A stretch of DNA of 32,000 nucleotides, taken from Opitutales bacterium UBA5694 (GTDB lineage: Bacteria > Verrucomicrobiota > Verrucomicrobiia > Opitutales > Opitutaceae). Where the stretch lies: the NCBI GenBank assembly GCA_002420185.1, contig DIHO01000019.1:380324-412323 (forward strand), written 5' to 3'. Positions within the stretch are counted from its first letter, which is position 1. Each line of letters starts with the position of its first letter. A program made the translations under genes and the position numbers. Below are positions 16,854 through 26,635 of this stretch, one piece after another. The notes beneath the pieces were generated by a model that did not search any database, was not told the origin of the DNA, and saw only the letters and a program-made list of their open reading frames with translations.

Positions 16854-17075
16854 TCGCGAGAATTACGTGAAATCCAATTCAGCCTTTTTACTCTAAGGGT
16901 ATAGATTAAGATTGTGAGCTCCCATTTCCCCTGATCAGTAAAATGGGTTTCAATGCATTGGGGAACCAACTGTCAGCTGCGCCGACTTTATTTGTCAGTT
17001 GGGCAAGCTCACTTCCCCTTCACCTTGAGTTTACTCGCGAAGTCTTGCTTACACCCGGAAACATGGAGACATTCG

Positions 17076-18008
17076 CTAATGTGATTGAAAAACGGCAAGT
17101 TGAGGCAAGTGGTCACTCAACGCAAACGACTCGAGGTCGTTTGTATTCAGCCGAAAGGCTCCTTCAAACAGCGGTTTCGATTCAACGACCCGATTTGCGA
17201 TTGGTCCAGCGGCCATAGCGTAATCAATTCTCGTCTGGGGATCGTCAGACTTCATGGTGAGGCCTTCTCCTACGCCAACCTCGGCGAAGGTATCCACAAA
17301 ACCAGCGTCAACCCAAAGCTTGTATTCGTCCGTTTCGGGCCGGTGATTCAGATCGCCAATTAGAAGCATCGACCGCCCGGCATCTATATCCGGTTTCATC
17401 GATTCGATCATAGCACGGATTTCTTTGAGGCGAACCGTTGGGTCGGCTCCTGGGTAAAGATGTGCCGAATGGATAATCAGCGGCTCACCGCTCGACAACT
17501 TAATCTTGGCTTGCCCCCAGTGTCGCGTGAACAACTCTTTCGGTCTCTCGCCTTTCATGGGAGCATTCTGTGAATCAGTGATCTCAAATTTACTCAGCAG
17601 TGTTCCCGGCCAATTGCCGCCGCTGGGGAATCGAACGTGGTTCATTCCCAAAAGTTCGGCAACTTTTTGCGTTATTTCCTCTTCAGGTGATTCGGAGAAG
17701 TTGATGAGGTCGGGGTCGTGTAGAGCGAGCTCCATAGCCAGTCGATTTGCCATCTGGCCCTCTGCAACCGCCCGCTTCGCCAACGGTCGGTCGTTTGGCC
17801 AACCCTTGCATTTGTAAATATTGTAAGCGATAACTCGAAGCGGCTTCGGTCCTGATTCATCGGCAAATAAGTTTGAGCTAACTGCGGCAAGACTAGTTCC
17901 GAGTGCTGTGCAAAAGTTTCGGCGTGAGATTGTAATTGGCATCCCCAAGGTAGTGTTTACCAAATCGAAAATAAGCAATTTGCTTTTCCAAGTTTGCCAT
18001 AAATTCAA
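17076..18008 (-). CDS. Exported endonuclease/exonuclease/phosphatase (EEP) family protein
   Basis: Twin-arginine-type signal (SRRNFCTALGTSLAAV). EEP motifs LRVIAYNI, LLIGDLNH, RIDYAM and SDHLP. The biological start is probably the internal Met (MPITISRRNF, ~17942) rather than the TTG at 18008. Confidence 0.8.
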   Translation of the reverse strand: MNLWQTWKSKLLIFDLVNTTLGMPITISRRNFCTALGTSLAAVSSNLFADESGPKPLRVIAYNIYKCKGWPNDRPLAKRAVAEGQMANRLAMELALHDPDLINFSESPEEEITQKVAELLGMNHVRFPSGGNWPGTLLSKFEITDSQNAPMKGERPKELFTRHWGQAKIKLSSGEPLIIHSAHLYPGADPTVRLKEIRAMIESMKPDIDAGRSMLLIGDLNHRPETDEYKLWVDAGFVDTFAEVGVGEGLTMKSDDPQTRIDYAMAAGPIANRVVESKPLFEGAFRLNTNDLESFALSDHLPQLAVFQSH

Positions 18009-18129
18009 TTATTCCGATTTGATTAGAAGGAGATAGTTTTCACCTTCCTGTTGAAATTTATATCATTTACCAAAAGGGAATAGGGGCGGGCCACACAAGG
18101 CGAGAATTATCGTGTATTCGGTCGAATGG

Positions 18130-20880
18130 TTAGTTTGAGGCGGGGACATCGCGTTTCAGGTTCTTTTTCCGCTGGCTGTTCTGGGGCTTGGATTTGAGTT
18201 CGCCGCCGGGGTGGGCGTTACTTTGGTCCTGACGTATCCATTGCGGCGGCATCATGCGCCGGCTCCAGGTTTGGTAGCGGGCTTTCATTTCTCGGAAAAC
18301 GCTTGGATACTGAGCGGAGAGGTTGGCACTCTCTTGGGGATCCTCCTTTAGATTGAACAAGACCTGACCTCCCGTCCGCTCGTTGATCAGTTTCCAGTCG
18401 CCCATGCGTAGGGCGTGTTTTGAGCCGGAGCGCCAAAAGAGCTCTTCGTGTGGGACTTTGCTTTGCTCGCCTTTGATGAAAGGGAGCAGGTCGACGCCAT
18501 CTATTGCGGTCGCTGTCGTGTCCAATAGCCCGGCCGCTGATAGTGCGGTGGCGTGACAATCGAATCCCATAACGGGATTTTCGTAGAGGCTGCCGGCTGG
18601 TATCGCGTCTGGCCATTGGAAGAGGAAGGGAACGCGAATGCCGCCTTCGTATAAGGTGCCCTTCATGCCGCGGAAGGGATAGTTTTGCGAGGCATTTAGA
18701 GGAGGGATGCCCCCGTTGTCGCTGTAGAACATGATCAGGGTATTCTCGGTAAGATTCAGAGTTTTAAGCGTATCCAAAATAACGCCTACAGCGTCATCCA
18801 TGGCGGAGAGCATCCCGGCCATCACCTTTCGCTTTCTATCTTTTATATTCGGAAAACGTTTCAGATATTTGTCCGTGGCCTCCATCGGTGTGTGCACGGC
18901 ATTGAAGGCGAGATAGAGAAAAAAGGGGTCGTTTCGGTTTTGCTTGATGAAATTAGAGGATTCCTCGGAGAAGGCGTCCGTGAGGTAAGCGGGCTCTTTT
19001 GCGACGCGGATTCCATTGCGGTAAAGCAGGTCTCCATTTTTGGTTTTGGGGTAGTAGCTTCTGGCTCCGCTGTGGAAGACGTAAGTGAAGTCGAAGCCGC
19101 GTTCATGCGGTCGCAGGCCTTCTCGAAATCCAATGTGCCACTTGCCGATCATACCCGTCGCATAACCGACGCCTTTCAGCTTTTCCGAAAGTAGGGGAAT
19201 GCGTCGAGGGACGCCGAAGTTAGCCGCGGCATAGCGCTCCGGACCAGAATTGCGCTCGAATCCGAAACGATGCTGGTACATGCCGGCCATCAGGCCCGCT
19301 CGGGAAGGGGAGCACACGGGGTGGTTCGCGTATCCATGGGTGAAGCGCACGCCATTGGTGGCAATCGAATCGATCCGCGGAGTGGGTACGTCTTGACAAC
19401 CGTTGACGCCCACATCGGCGTAGCCCAAATCGTCGGCGAGTATGAGGATGATGTTCGGTAGACCGCCGGAAGCTTCGACGAGCTTAGTCTGTTTGCCATG
19501 GACATTGGCTGAAGCGGCGACTGGAGAAGCTTTTGCGGTAGAGCTGTGTGTCGAATTCGCTGAAACGGCGTAGATCCATCCGGTGTCATGACTAGGCATT
19601 CCATTGCATTCACCACCTCCGAGGTAAAGTATGTTGTCTTCGCCTTCGAAGGGCGACCGAACGATTGTTCGAACGGCACCGCTGGTCCCTTTGCCAGCGG
19701 CTTCGAAGGACCGTACGGTGTAGACGGGCTTTCTATTTTTTAGGGAGCGGATGAGGAGATTGCGTTCTGAGGCGAAGTAGCGGATCGGTCGTCGTCCGTC
19801 GTCCCGGATGCGGATGTTGCGTTCTTCCATGCCCCCGTTCTCGGCATAGTTCTTGTCGTAGCTACACTGAAATCCGATGTACCAACGGTCTTGCCCATCC
19901 GGGCCTATATCATGCACAATTTTATTGTAGCCTGCCAAGGAACCGTCGATGGGCAGATTCCATTCCTTGGCTAGAAACGCCGCTATATCTAATTCTTTCT
20001 TAATCACGTTGTTCCGGTTCGGGTCGAGCATTTTAGCGACGCCGGTGGTAATGAAGAGCAAGGCTTCTTTGTTGCCGGAAGGGGCGGGTACTGTAACCAA
20101 TCCGCGGATACCGCCGCCTGAGGTCATTCTCGCGTTGTGGTAGACGGACTTCCATTTCGGTTTTTTCCCATCCTCGCGTACCCAGATGTCTTTGGTCGAG
20201 GAGGCGTAGAGTTTGCCGTTGCAGACCGCGTATTCCATGAAGCGCTGCCCCTTTGGTAGGATGAGTTCCGGCTTGCGGCTCCACACCAATTTGCCCTCGG
20301 CGTCAGCGTCGTAGGTGGCGGTGAGAATTCCGAGCGAGGCTTCGGCGTTTTTAGTGCCGCTTACTCCGGCAAAGACCATGTCAGTGCCGGTCACCGTATC
20401 CCGGTGAAATCCCATGCCGCGAACTTGGGAGGTGGTTCTACTTTTTCCCAATGGGAATTCCAGCCAGTCGTCGTTTTCGTCCTGGCGGGCCCAGATCGAT
20501 ACGACGCCTCTTCGGGAAAGCGGGGCTGCGAGCAGGATCGTCACAGGTTCAATCGGCTCGCCTCGATGATCGGATCTGAATTCGAATGACTGTAAAGCGG
20601 TCATTCGCGTGTGGTTCGCGATCATATCCAGATCGACTTTCCAATCCGAATCCTTCGACTCCTTCATTAGGACTTGGCAGCCGCCGAGAGAGCGGTCTGT
20701 TTCCATCCATAGGCTGGTGGCGGCGAAGAGCTTTCCCTGGTGACTAGCGAGCTTTAAAATCTCGGTCCCGCTCATGCGTTTACCGTTTTCATCGGAAGCG
20801 CCCGCGGTCCAGGAAGTGGTAGCGTCGATTGCGTTGGAAAAGACGAAGAGGGTGAGAAGGAGGCAAAGCGTTTGTTTCAT
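18130..20880 (-). CDS. Secreted two-part protein: unassigned ~470-aa N-terminal domain fused to a type I sulfatase domain
   Basis: Signal peptide MKQTLCLLLTLFVFSNAIDA. The C-terminal half has ILADDLGYADVG, HPVCSPSRAGLMAG (C-x-P-x-R), GKWHIG and SDNGG. The N-terminal half has no motif I can name. Confidence 0.85.
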   Translation of the reverse strand: MKQTLCLLLTLFVFSNAIDATTSWTAGASDENGKRMSGTEILKLASHQGKLFAATSLWMETDRSLGGCQVLMKESKDSDWKVDLDMIANHTRMTALQSFEFRSDHRGEPIEPVTILLAAPLSRRGVVSIWARQDENDDWLEFPLGKSRTTSQVRGMGFHRDTVTGTDMVFAGVSGTKNAEASLGILTATYDADAEGKLVWSRKPELILPKGQRFMEYAVCNGKLYASSTKDIWVREDGKKPKWKSVYHNARMTSGGGIRGLVTVPAPSGNKEALLFITTGVAKMLDPNRNNVIKKELDIAAFLAKEWNLPIDGSLAGYNKIVHDIGPDGQDRWYIGFQCSYDKNYAENGGMEERNIRIRDDGRRPIRYFASERNLLIRSLKNRKPVYTVRSFEAAGKGTSGAVRTIVRSPFEGEDNILYLGGGECNGMPSHDTGWIYAVSANSTHSSTAKASPVAASANVHGKQTKLVEASGGLPNIILILADDLGYADVGVNGCQDVPTPRIDSIATNGVRFTHGYANHPVCSPSRAGLMAGMYQHRFGFERNSGPERYAAANFGVPRRIPLLSEKLKGVGYATGMIGKWHIGFREGLRPHERGFDFTYVFHSGARSYYPKTKNGDLLYRNGIRVAKEPAYLTDAFSEESSNFIKQNRNDPFFLYLAFNAVHTPMEATDKYLKRFPNIKDRKRKVMAGMLSAMDDAVGVILDTLKTLNLTENTLIMFYSDNGGIPPLNASQNYPFRGMKGTLYEGGIRVPFLFQWPDAIPAGSLYENPVMGFDCHATALSAAGLLDTTATAIDGVDLLPFIKGEQSKVPHEELFWRSGSKHALRMGDWKLINERTGGQVLFNLKEDPQESANLSAQYPSVFREMKARYQTWSRRMMPPQWIRQDQSNAHPGGELKSKPQNSQRKKNLKRDVPASN

Positions 20881-21327
20881 GGCAAAGCAATTTGGTTGGG
20901 TAAAACACTGCTCTCGGGGGCTATCGCTGGACTTGCCCTATTTGGACATTAAAAAATTAATTTTTAGATTCGTTGGACCGGTTAATTCGCTCTTGTCTTC
21001 CAATACGGTCTTTCATCTTTTCAAGCAGGTCATTTTGTTTTTCCAACAACTCGCACACCCGTGCTAGTCGTTTTCGGCCTAATGTCTCTCCTTAAAATTG
21101 TATCCCAGAAATAATAATGATACCAAAAAGATAGCAACGCTGACGAATATTAAGGCAAAAAGCTCTACTATTTCCATATTTCCACCCTACCATCCCAGAT
21201 CCCCATTCAGAAGATAAATTTTCTGGCTATAGGGGATATATATGTTGGGGCAGTCAGCAGATTCATGTGGTACAATGGTAGCATGAAGTTGGAAGCCCCA
21301 GAGTTGTAGGAGAGCATCGCTGATGCG

Positions 21328-21810
21328 GTGAATGATTTTGCAAACAAGAAGCGAGAAGCAGGTGTTAAGAGCTTGTCTAGAATGAACCCTGTGAAAGTGG
21401 GGAAGATCTTGTATTTATTTTGCCTCGGAGTGAGCCAATCACAGATGGTTAAAAAGTACGGGTTTTGCCACAAAAGCATCAAACATACGCTTCAAGAATA
21501 CGCTGACCATCTTGGCAAATGGACAGAGGTTGGAGCGAGGTTGAGCAAGCAACTTTTTCTCAATCTCCACTCATTACAAGAAGACATCATTGAGGATGTC
21601 AGGGAGCGTATGGAGAGTGGTAAACTGAAGCCCACGTTCCGCGATGTTTATTACGTCTCAACAGCTAAGGACAAATGCTGGGAACAAGCTCACCGCATTG
21701 AGGAACTTAAGAAAGAGACGACGTTTACAAGGAACGTCGTTACTCAGGAGGAACATGAGAAGCCGCTAGCCAAGGTGCGAGGATGGGCGGGGAAGATGGT
21801 GAACGAATAG
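21328..21810 (+). CDS. Hypothetical protein with a possible N-terminal helix-turn-helix
   Basis: 160-aa ORF in an AT-rich patch. The segment VGKILYLFCLGVSQSQMVKKYGFCHKSIKHTLQEY resembles a resolvase/terminase-small-subunit-type HTH. There is no stronger evidence. Confidence 0.4.
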   Translation: MNDFANKKREAGVKSLSRMNPVKVGKILYLFCLGVSQSQMVKKYGFCHKSIKHTLQEYADHLGKWTEVGARLSKQLFLNLHSLQEDIIEDVRERMESGKLKPTFRDVYYVSTAKDKCWEQAHRIEELKKETTFTRNVVTQEEHEKPLAKVRGWAGKMVNE

Positions 21811-21865
21811 CTCTTAAGCTTTTTCACGGTCTCGGCCCGAAAAAATGCCCGACCAATAAATTAAA

Positions 21866-22237
21866 TCAAACGGCTTTCATTGCATGCGCCATTTTTTGGC
21901 TATCATCGTAAGCCCAGAACTCTTTTATTTTGCCCCCTTCAATTTTATGGAAATGCCCAAATTTAGCTTTCAGATCGTCAGCAGATGCATTCAGTTGGGT
22001 TGCGACCTGATCTCCTTCAGAAATCATACTCTCTACGGTTAGAGAAAAATTATCATAGTGGGATGGTATCAATGCTAATAGGCCCATGAACTCATTAATC
22101 CCATTACAAGTTCCAGAGAATTTGTGCATGCCGTTTATAGTGACGGTGCAATCCTCATGGAAAAGTTTGACGAAATTTTCCATATCGCCTGATGCGAAAC
22201 AATCGTATCCTTTTTGAACTACTTCTTTAGGTGTCAT
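21866..22237 (-). CDS. SnoaL-like / NTF2-fold (ketosteroid isomerase-like) protein
   Basis: 123 aa. MTPKEVVQKGYDCFASGDMENFVKLFHEDC...KIKEFWAYDD is the typical N- and C-terminal pattern of small SnoaL/NTF2-like proteins. Confidence 0.65.
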   Translation of the reverse strand: MTPKEVVQKGYDCFASGDMENFVKLFHEDCTVTINGMHKFSGTCNGINEFMGLLALIPSHYDNFSLTVESMISEGDQVATQLNASADDLKAKFGHFHKIEGGKIKEFWAYDDSQKMAHAMKAV

Positions 22238-22261
22238 TTAAAATCTCCTTATTTTATGTTT

Positions 22262-22819
22262 TTAGGTCATCTTTCCGCTAACTTTTTGAAATGTAATTGT
22301 GGTGTCTTGTATCAAAAGATTGAAAAAGAGCAATGCATATATGTGCCAAGCATGAGCCGCAAAGATCAGTTGATTAAAATTAATTTCTAGGCGAGGGGAT
22401 GGCAACAAGCCCATCGCATTGAGGATCGGCAGAGTTACGCTGGTAAGGTTGGTGCAATTATAGAACGCATAATTCCCAATACTCGTAACGCTGTTTCCAA
22501 TGGTTACGCTGGTAAGGCTGGAGCAATTATAGAACGCATCATCCCCAATACTCGTCACGTTGTCGGGGATGGTTACACTGGTCACGGTGGTGTTCCCATC
22601 GCCGAAGATGGAAGTTGCACGATCATTCCCTACCTTAATTACAGGATTCCCATCGACTACGCCTGGGATGTCCACCGCCCCGCCATCACCTGAATAGCCC
22701 GTGATGGTGGCTTGGCTGCCAGAGACTGAATATGTCCAATCCCCAGAGGTGGCTCCCAACAAAGTCTGATGGGCAGAGGTAATAAAAAGGGCGACGAGCA
22801 GAACCAGTGGTGCTTTCAT
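22262..22819 (-). CDS. BspA-type leucine-rich-repeat surface protein, apparently truncated
   Basis: A signal peptide is followed by 23-aa LRR_5-type repeats ([53 protein letters not shown]). The last ~55 aa do not continue the repeat and look like out-of-context sequence. Confidence 0.65.
   Translation of the reverse strand: MKAPLVLLVALFITSAHQTLLGATSGDWTYSVSGSQATITGYSGDGGAVDIPGVVDGNPVIKVGNDRATSIFGDGNTTVTSVTIPDNVTSIGDDAFYNCSSLTSVTIGNSVTSIGNYAFYNCTNLTSVTLPILNAMGLLPSPRLEINFNQLIFAAHAWHIYALLFFNLLIQDTTITFQKVSGKMT
22434..22640. repeat. Tandem 69-bp repeat (three units; the first two are near-identical and the third is diverged) encoding the LRR units
   Basis: Units start with gttacgc at 22434 and 22503 and with gttacac at 22572. 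Units 1 and 2 align base for base with a handful of substitutions. Confidence 0.8.
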
Positions 22820-23377
22820 TAATTGATCCCTGCCGAGGCTTGCTTAGAAAGGAAAGCCCTTTTTGAGAGAATAGGCTTTTATGTGTCTGGGAGGAACCCC
22901 ATCTAGCCCCAATCTCCTTTCCCTATTAAGGGGGGATGAATTAGGGTACCAATTTCTTCTTCGGTCCCGGAAACCCTTACCTCAACCTAACTTTATGATG
23001 CACATGAAGAGAGCTAGTAAACAATGGCTACTAGGAGGTGCACTCTCCGCCATTCAGTAGAAGGATTAAGATCTAGAAATTGCGAACGGTCAATACATGT
23101 AACAACCGCATGAGCAGGATTAGAGCCCACCGGGTTTGACGTAGCAAGCTTGCGAGCGAAGAAGGGACATATGCAGCTTGGGTCCGAACAGTGCTGATCA
23201 GCATCGGGCAATTATGAATCACCTCTAATATAAAAACTCAAGTGCTCGCATGTAAAAGTGTTTTTTGTGTTCCGATGTTTCTGACGACATGAGTTCTGCG
23301 ACCGCTTGGGGTATTAGTTGACCGCTACTGAGATTATCCTGTTCGAACGAGGCGAGGTAGGTTAAGGAATCGTTTTA

Positions 23378-24160
23378 GTGAAGATCACATTTCTAGGAAC
23401 TGGTACATCTCAGGGGGTACCCGTAATCGGATGCAGTTGTCCGACTTGCGTTTCGACCGATCCGCGCAACACGCGCTACCGGACGCATGCCCACGTGGAG
23501 ATTGGAAATTTGAATATCCAAGTAGATGCCGCTCCTGAATTCCGGATACAGGCCCTCAAACACTCAATACCGAAAATTGATATGGTCCTGCTGACCCATG
23601 GGCATGCCGACCACATTCTAGGGATGGACGACTTAAGACGCTATTGCGATATGCGTGATGGGGAAGCTCTTCCGGTCTACACTAACGAAGAGGGGAAAGA
23701 GCGGATGCGAAGTATATATGGATACGCTATACGGGGAAAACCCAAGGAGTACGGCTATCCTGCATTTTCCCTTTTTCGGATGCCTTCGAGGCTAGATCTG
23801 CCGGCTGGAGTGATTCATTCGTTTAATCAGAGGCATGGAAACTTTGAATCGCTTGGGTTTGTATTCATAGAACGATTCACAAGCAAGAAGCTCGCCTATT
23901 TTACCGATTGCGATTCTGTGAAGCAAAAAGCTATCGAGCGGGCGAAGGGTGCTGACTTGGCTGTGCTTGATGGGCTGCGCTTTAAGGCCCACAAATCGCA
24001 CATGAGTGTCGAGCAAGCGATCGAGGTAGCTGATAAAATAGGGGCTAAAAAGACCTACTTAATCCACATGACGCATCACGTGAATCACGCTATTGCTGAG
24101 ACGAAATTGCCGGGAAAAGTTCGATTCGCTTACGACAATTTGGTGGTTGACCTTTGTTAG
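23378..24160 (+). CDS. MBL-fold metallo-hydrolase, PhnP-like
   Basis: GTGTSQGVPVIGCSCPTC (Cys cluster as in PhnP-type phosphodiesterases) and LLTHGHADH (HxHxDH) motifs. GTG start. Confidence 0.8.
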   Translation: MKITFLGTGTSQGVPVIGCSCPTCVSTDPRNTRYRTHAHVEIGNLNIQVDAAPEFRIQALKHSIPKIDMVLLTHGHADHILGMDDLRRYCDMRDGEALPVYTNEEGKERMRSIYGYAIRGKPKEYGYPAFSLFRMPSRLDLPAGVIHSFNQRHGNFESLGFVFIERFTSKKLAYFTDCDSVKQKAIERAKGADLAVLDGLRFKAHKSHMSVEQAIEVADKIGAKKTYLIHMTHHVNHAIAETKLPGKVRFAYDNLVVDLC

Positions 24161-24239
24161 GACTTATTGGAAGGGATTGATACGTTTAACCAGCGTAGAC
24201 TTCGACTGATGTATCTTGCAGAAACGTGTTCAGCTGAGT

Positions 24240-25154
24240 CTAGTTGACCGTTATCGGAACGACGACTTCGGAATAGCCGGGGATCGTGATGAAGAGGCTT
24301 CCAGACCCTGGGGATGCTCCTTGGACCGGAACGCTCGTAGAACGCTGGCCAGCTTCAATTCTCACGAAATCCATAATGACGCTATCAGGAATGTCCGTGT
24401 GAACGTCTATCGAGAGACCGCCTGGAGGAGCTTCTTCGGGAATCGTGAAGACCAAAAGACTGGATTGTCCTTGTGCGATCGTCGAAGGCTGGAGCCGTAC
24501 ACTCACCCTTGAAGAGTCGATTCTAAGCGTTCCCGCGATAATCTCACCGCTGATACCCATGACTTTCACCGCATAACCACGACCCTCGGGCAGTGAAGGA
24601 ACGTAGAAGGATAGTGAAGTAGAGCTGTCAAAGCGGGTAGCCGCTGGAGTGTCTCCAACCAGAATTTTGTCGGTCTGTGTGAATCCTCTGCCAAGCACGG
24701 CTACGCGTGTGCCCACGGGGGCCCGGTTAACTTCAAGTTCCACGGTGTACCGATTCTCGATAGAAAACCGGTTCAACTCAGTGACTATTTCCTTAGTCGT
24801 AGCACCATTTTCGGTTTTGAGGTCGTAGTGAACGAGCATGTAGAACGCAGCCTCACTACGACCCGAAGGCATGCGAAAATCGTACTCAAAGAGGCTAGTA
24901 CTCCCAGGAGTCAGACTCATGGGGTGGATTTTACCGTCGATCACGATTTGCGGCCTCAGACTTTCTTTGATAACGGAGCTATTCTTGACCTTGATTTGAG
25001 CCGTGATGGTGTAAACATTCGATGGGTTTGCCTTCATGGTTGAAGGTGTCAGGTCGATGACGTTTATATTACATCCTGCCATCGTGAGCACGAGCGGCAT
25101 GAGCAGGCAAATGAGCCAGTTTCTATGTGTGGACTTGGATGCTGAGGTATCCAT
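24240..25154 (-). CDS. Lipoprotein with IPT/TIG-like Ig-fold domain(s)
   Basis: Lipobox LVLTMAGC. The central segment VGTRVAVLGRGFTQTDKILVGDTPAATRFDSSTSLSFYVPSLPEG has an IPT/TIG-type pattern. Confidence 0.6.
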   Translation of the reverse strand: MDTSASKSTHRNWLICLLMPLVLTMAGCNINVIDLTPSTMKANPSNVYTITAQIKVKNSSVIKESLRPQIVIDGKIHPMSLTPGSTSLFEYDFRMPSGRSEAAFYMLVHYDLKTENGATTKEIVTELNRFSIENRYTVELEVNRAPVGTRVAVLGRGFTQTDKILVGDTPAATRFDSSTSLSFYVPSLPEGRGYAVKVMGISGEIIAGTLRIDSSRVSVRLQPSTIAQGQSSLLVFTIPEEAPPGGLSIDVHTDIPDSVIMDFVRIEAGQRSTSVPVQGASPGSGSLFITIPGYSEVVVPITVN

Positions 25155-25227
25155 GATATTGAGTCGGTAGACTAAATTAGGCCTTGAATTTCGAATAGAT
25201 TAGAAGTGTCAGTAAAGCACAAAGATC

Positions 25228-26427
25228 ATGCAAGCTGGGTTAAAGGCAACTATAGAGACGAAAAAAAACGAATTGGGCAGTGAATTCCAGCCAAAATGGT
25301 GGGGGAAGACGTTGGGACTATACGTTCATGTGCCCTTTTGTGCCACTTCTTGTGACTTTTGTGCCTTCTATCAAGTGCAGGGCGATAGGGCTGGAATTAG
25401 GGCTTACCTCGAAGGGATAGAGGAAGAGGCGGCTCAAGCAGCGGTAGCGGGGCAAGAGCTGAGAACGTGCTTTTTTGGGGGCGGAACCCCAGGTTTGCTG
25501 AAGGCTAAAGATTTACAGATTCTTTGCGAAACAGTCAGACGGAATTTTCGAGGATCGTTGGTTGAATGGACTGTGGAAATGGCTCCCTCAACAGTTAAAA
25601 TCGATAAATTGAAGGTGCTCAAGGAACAAGGCGTTACTCGGATATCCATGGGAGTCCAGAGTTTTGACGATGCGTTGCTGGATAAGCTGGGTCGACAACA
25701 CAGCCGGAAACAGATCCTGAAAGCTTATGACCTGATTCGTGAAGAAGGATTCGAAAGCGTCAATCTTGATTTGATTTTCGCAATTCCGGGACAGAATGAA
25801 GCTAGACTCAAAGAAGACATTCGGCAAGCGGCCCAACTCGGGCCGGACCACCTCTCAACCTATTGTCTGACCTTTGAGGAAGACACGGCCCTTTTTGTTC
25901 AGCTCTCCGAAGGAAAAGTCGCATTGGATGTGGATTTGGAAACGCGCCTCTATTTGACCTGTTGGGAGGAACTGGAACGGCTGGGGTATGAGCAGTACGA
26001 GATCTCAAACTTTGCAAGGCGAGGAAAACAGTGCCTGCATAATGTTAACACTTGGAAGATGGACCAGTGGATTGGTCTAGGGCCATCGGCAGCGAGCCAG
26101 TTCAGAGGAAGGCGTTACTCAAATGTGCCGGATTTGGATCGTTGGTTAGAAGGCGTAAAAGCGAACCACCCCAATTGGATAGACCAGTCCGACCTTAATG
26201 AGGCACTCTTATTGGAAGACGCTCTAATTTTTGGGCTGCGAATGAGCGATGGGGTAGACTTGAATGAGCTTCAGGAACGCTTCGGTCGGAAGCTAACCCG
26301 ATCGCAATCAAAAACGATTGAAGCGTTGGAATCAGATGGAAAACTTCGGAAAAGCGGGGGCCGCATAAGGCTGACTAAAGCCGGAAGATTGTTATCGGAC
26401 GCCGTCGGGAGCACTCTAATGGTTTAA
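25228..26427 (+). CDS. hemW: Radical SAM heme chaperone HemW (coproporphyrinogen III oxidase-like)
   Basis: YVHVPFCATSCDFCAFY (CxxxCxxC radical SAM cluster), FFGGGTP and ISMGVQSF. The C-terminal HemN_C-like region is LNEALLLEDALIFGLRMSDGVDL. Confidence 0.85.
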   Translation: MQAGLKATIETKKNELGSEFQPKWWGKTLGLYVHVPFCATSCDFCAFYQVQGDRAGIRAYLEGIEEEAAQAAVAGQELRTCFFGGGTPGLLKAKDLQILCETVRRNFRGSLVEWTVEMAPSTVKIDKLKVLKEQGVTRISMGVQSFDDALLDKLGRQHSRKQILKAYDLIREEGFESVNLDLIFAIPGQNEARLKEDIRQAAQLGPDHLSTYCLTFEEDTALFVQLSEGKVALDVDLETRLYLTCWEELERLGYEQYEISNFARRGKQCLHNVNTWKMDQWIGLGPSAASQFRGRRYSNVPDLDRWLEGVKANHPNWIDQSDLNEALLLEDALIFGLRMSDGVDLNELQERFGRKLTRSQSKTIEALESDGKLRKSGGRIRLTKAGRLLSDAVGSTLMV

Positions 26428-26635
26428 GGCTTGCCCCCAAAGAAGCCGTTAACGTTATAGGAAGATTTGAATGTTGAGGGAATTGTTTAGAGCTCTTCCA
26501 GTAAGAGCAGTTAATGAGAGACGTTTCGGCTCGCGTGCGTTGTTATCAACGGTTCTAGAAGGGTTTTTTTTGTCTTTGTTGAGATTTACGGTGCCGACCT
26601 GCCCGAATTAGTGAATAATCTTTGAGGTAAGAGCA

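Noticed and set aside
22820-23377. 558-nt gap upstream of the MBL hydrolase gene: a 65-aa ORF (23014-23211) and a TPP-riboswitch-like fragment (GGGGT...GCTACTGAGA... around 23300-23340).
   Set aside because: The ORF is Cys/Pro/Ser-rich with no context. The riboswitch resemblance is limited to CTGAGA plus a few bases, and the downstream gene is unrelated to thiamine. It needs an Infernal scan and is not claimed.
26470-26610. 46-codon ORF (MLRELFRALPVRAVNERRFGSRALL...) and a T-rich stretch between hemW and the M23 peptidase gene.
   Set aside because: It has no motif and no conservation evidence. The T9 run (about 26565-26575) is not preceded by an adjacent stable stem, so neither a gene nor a terminator is called.
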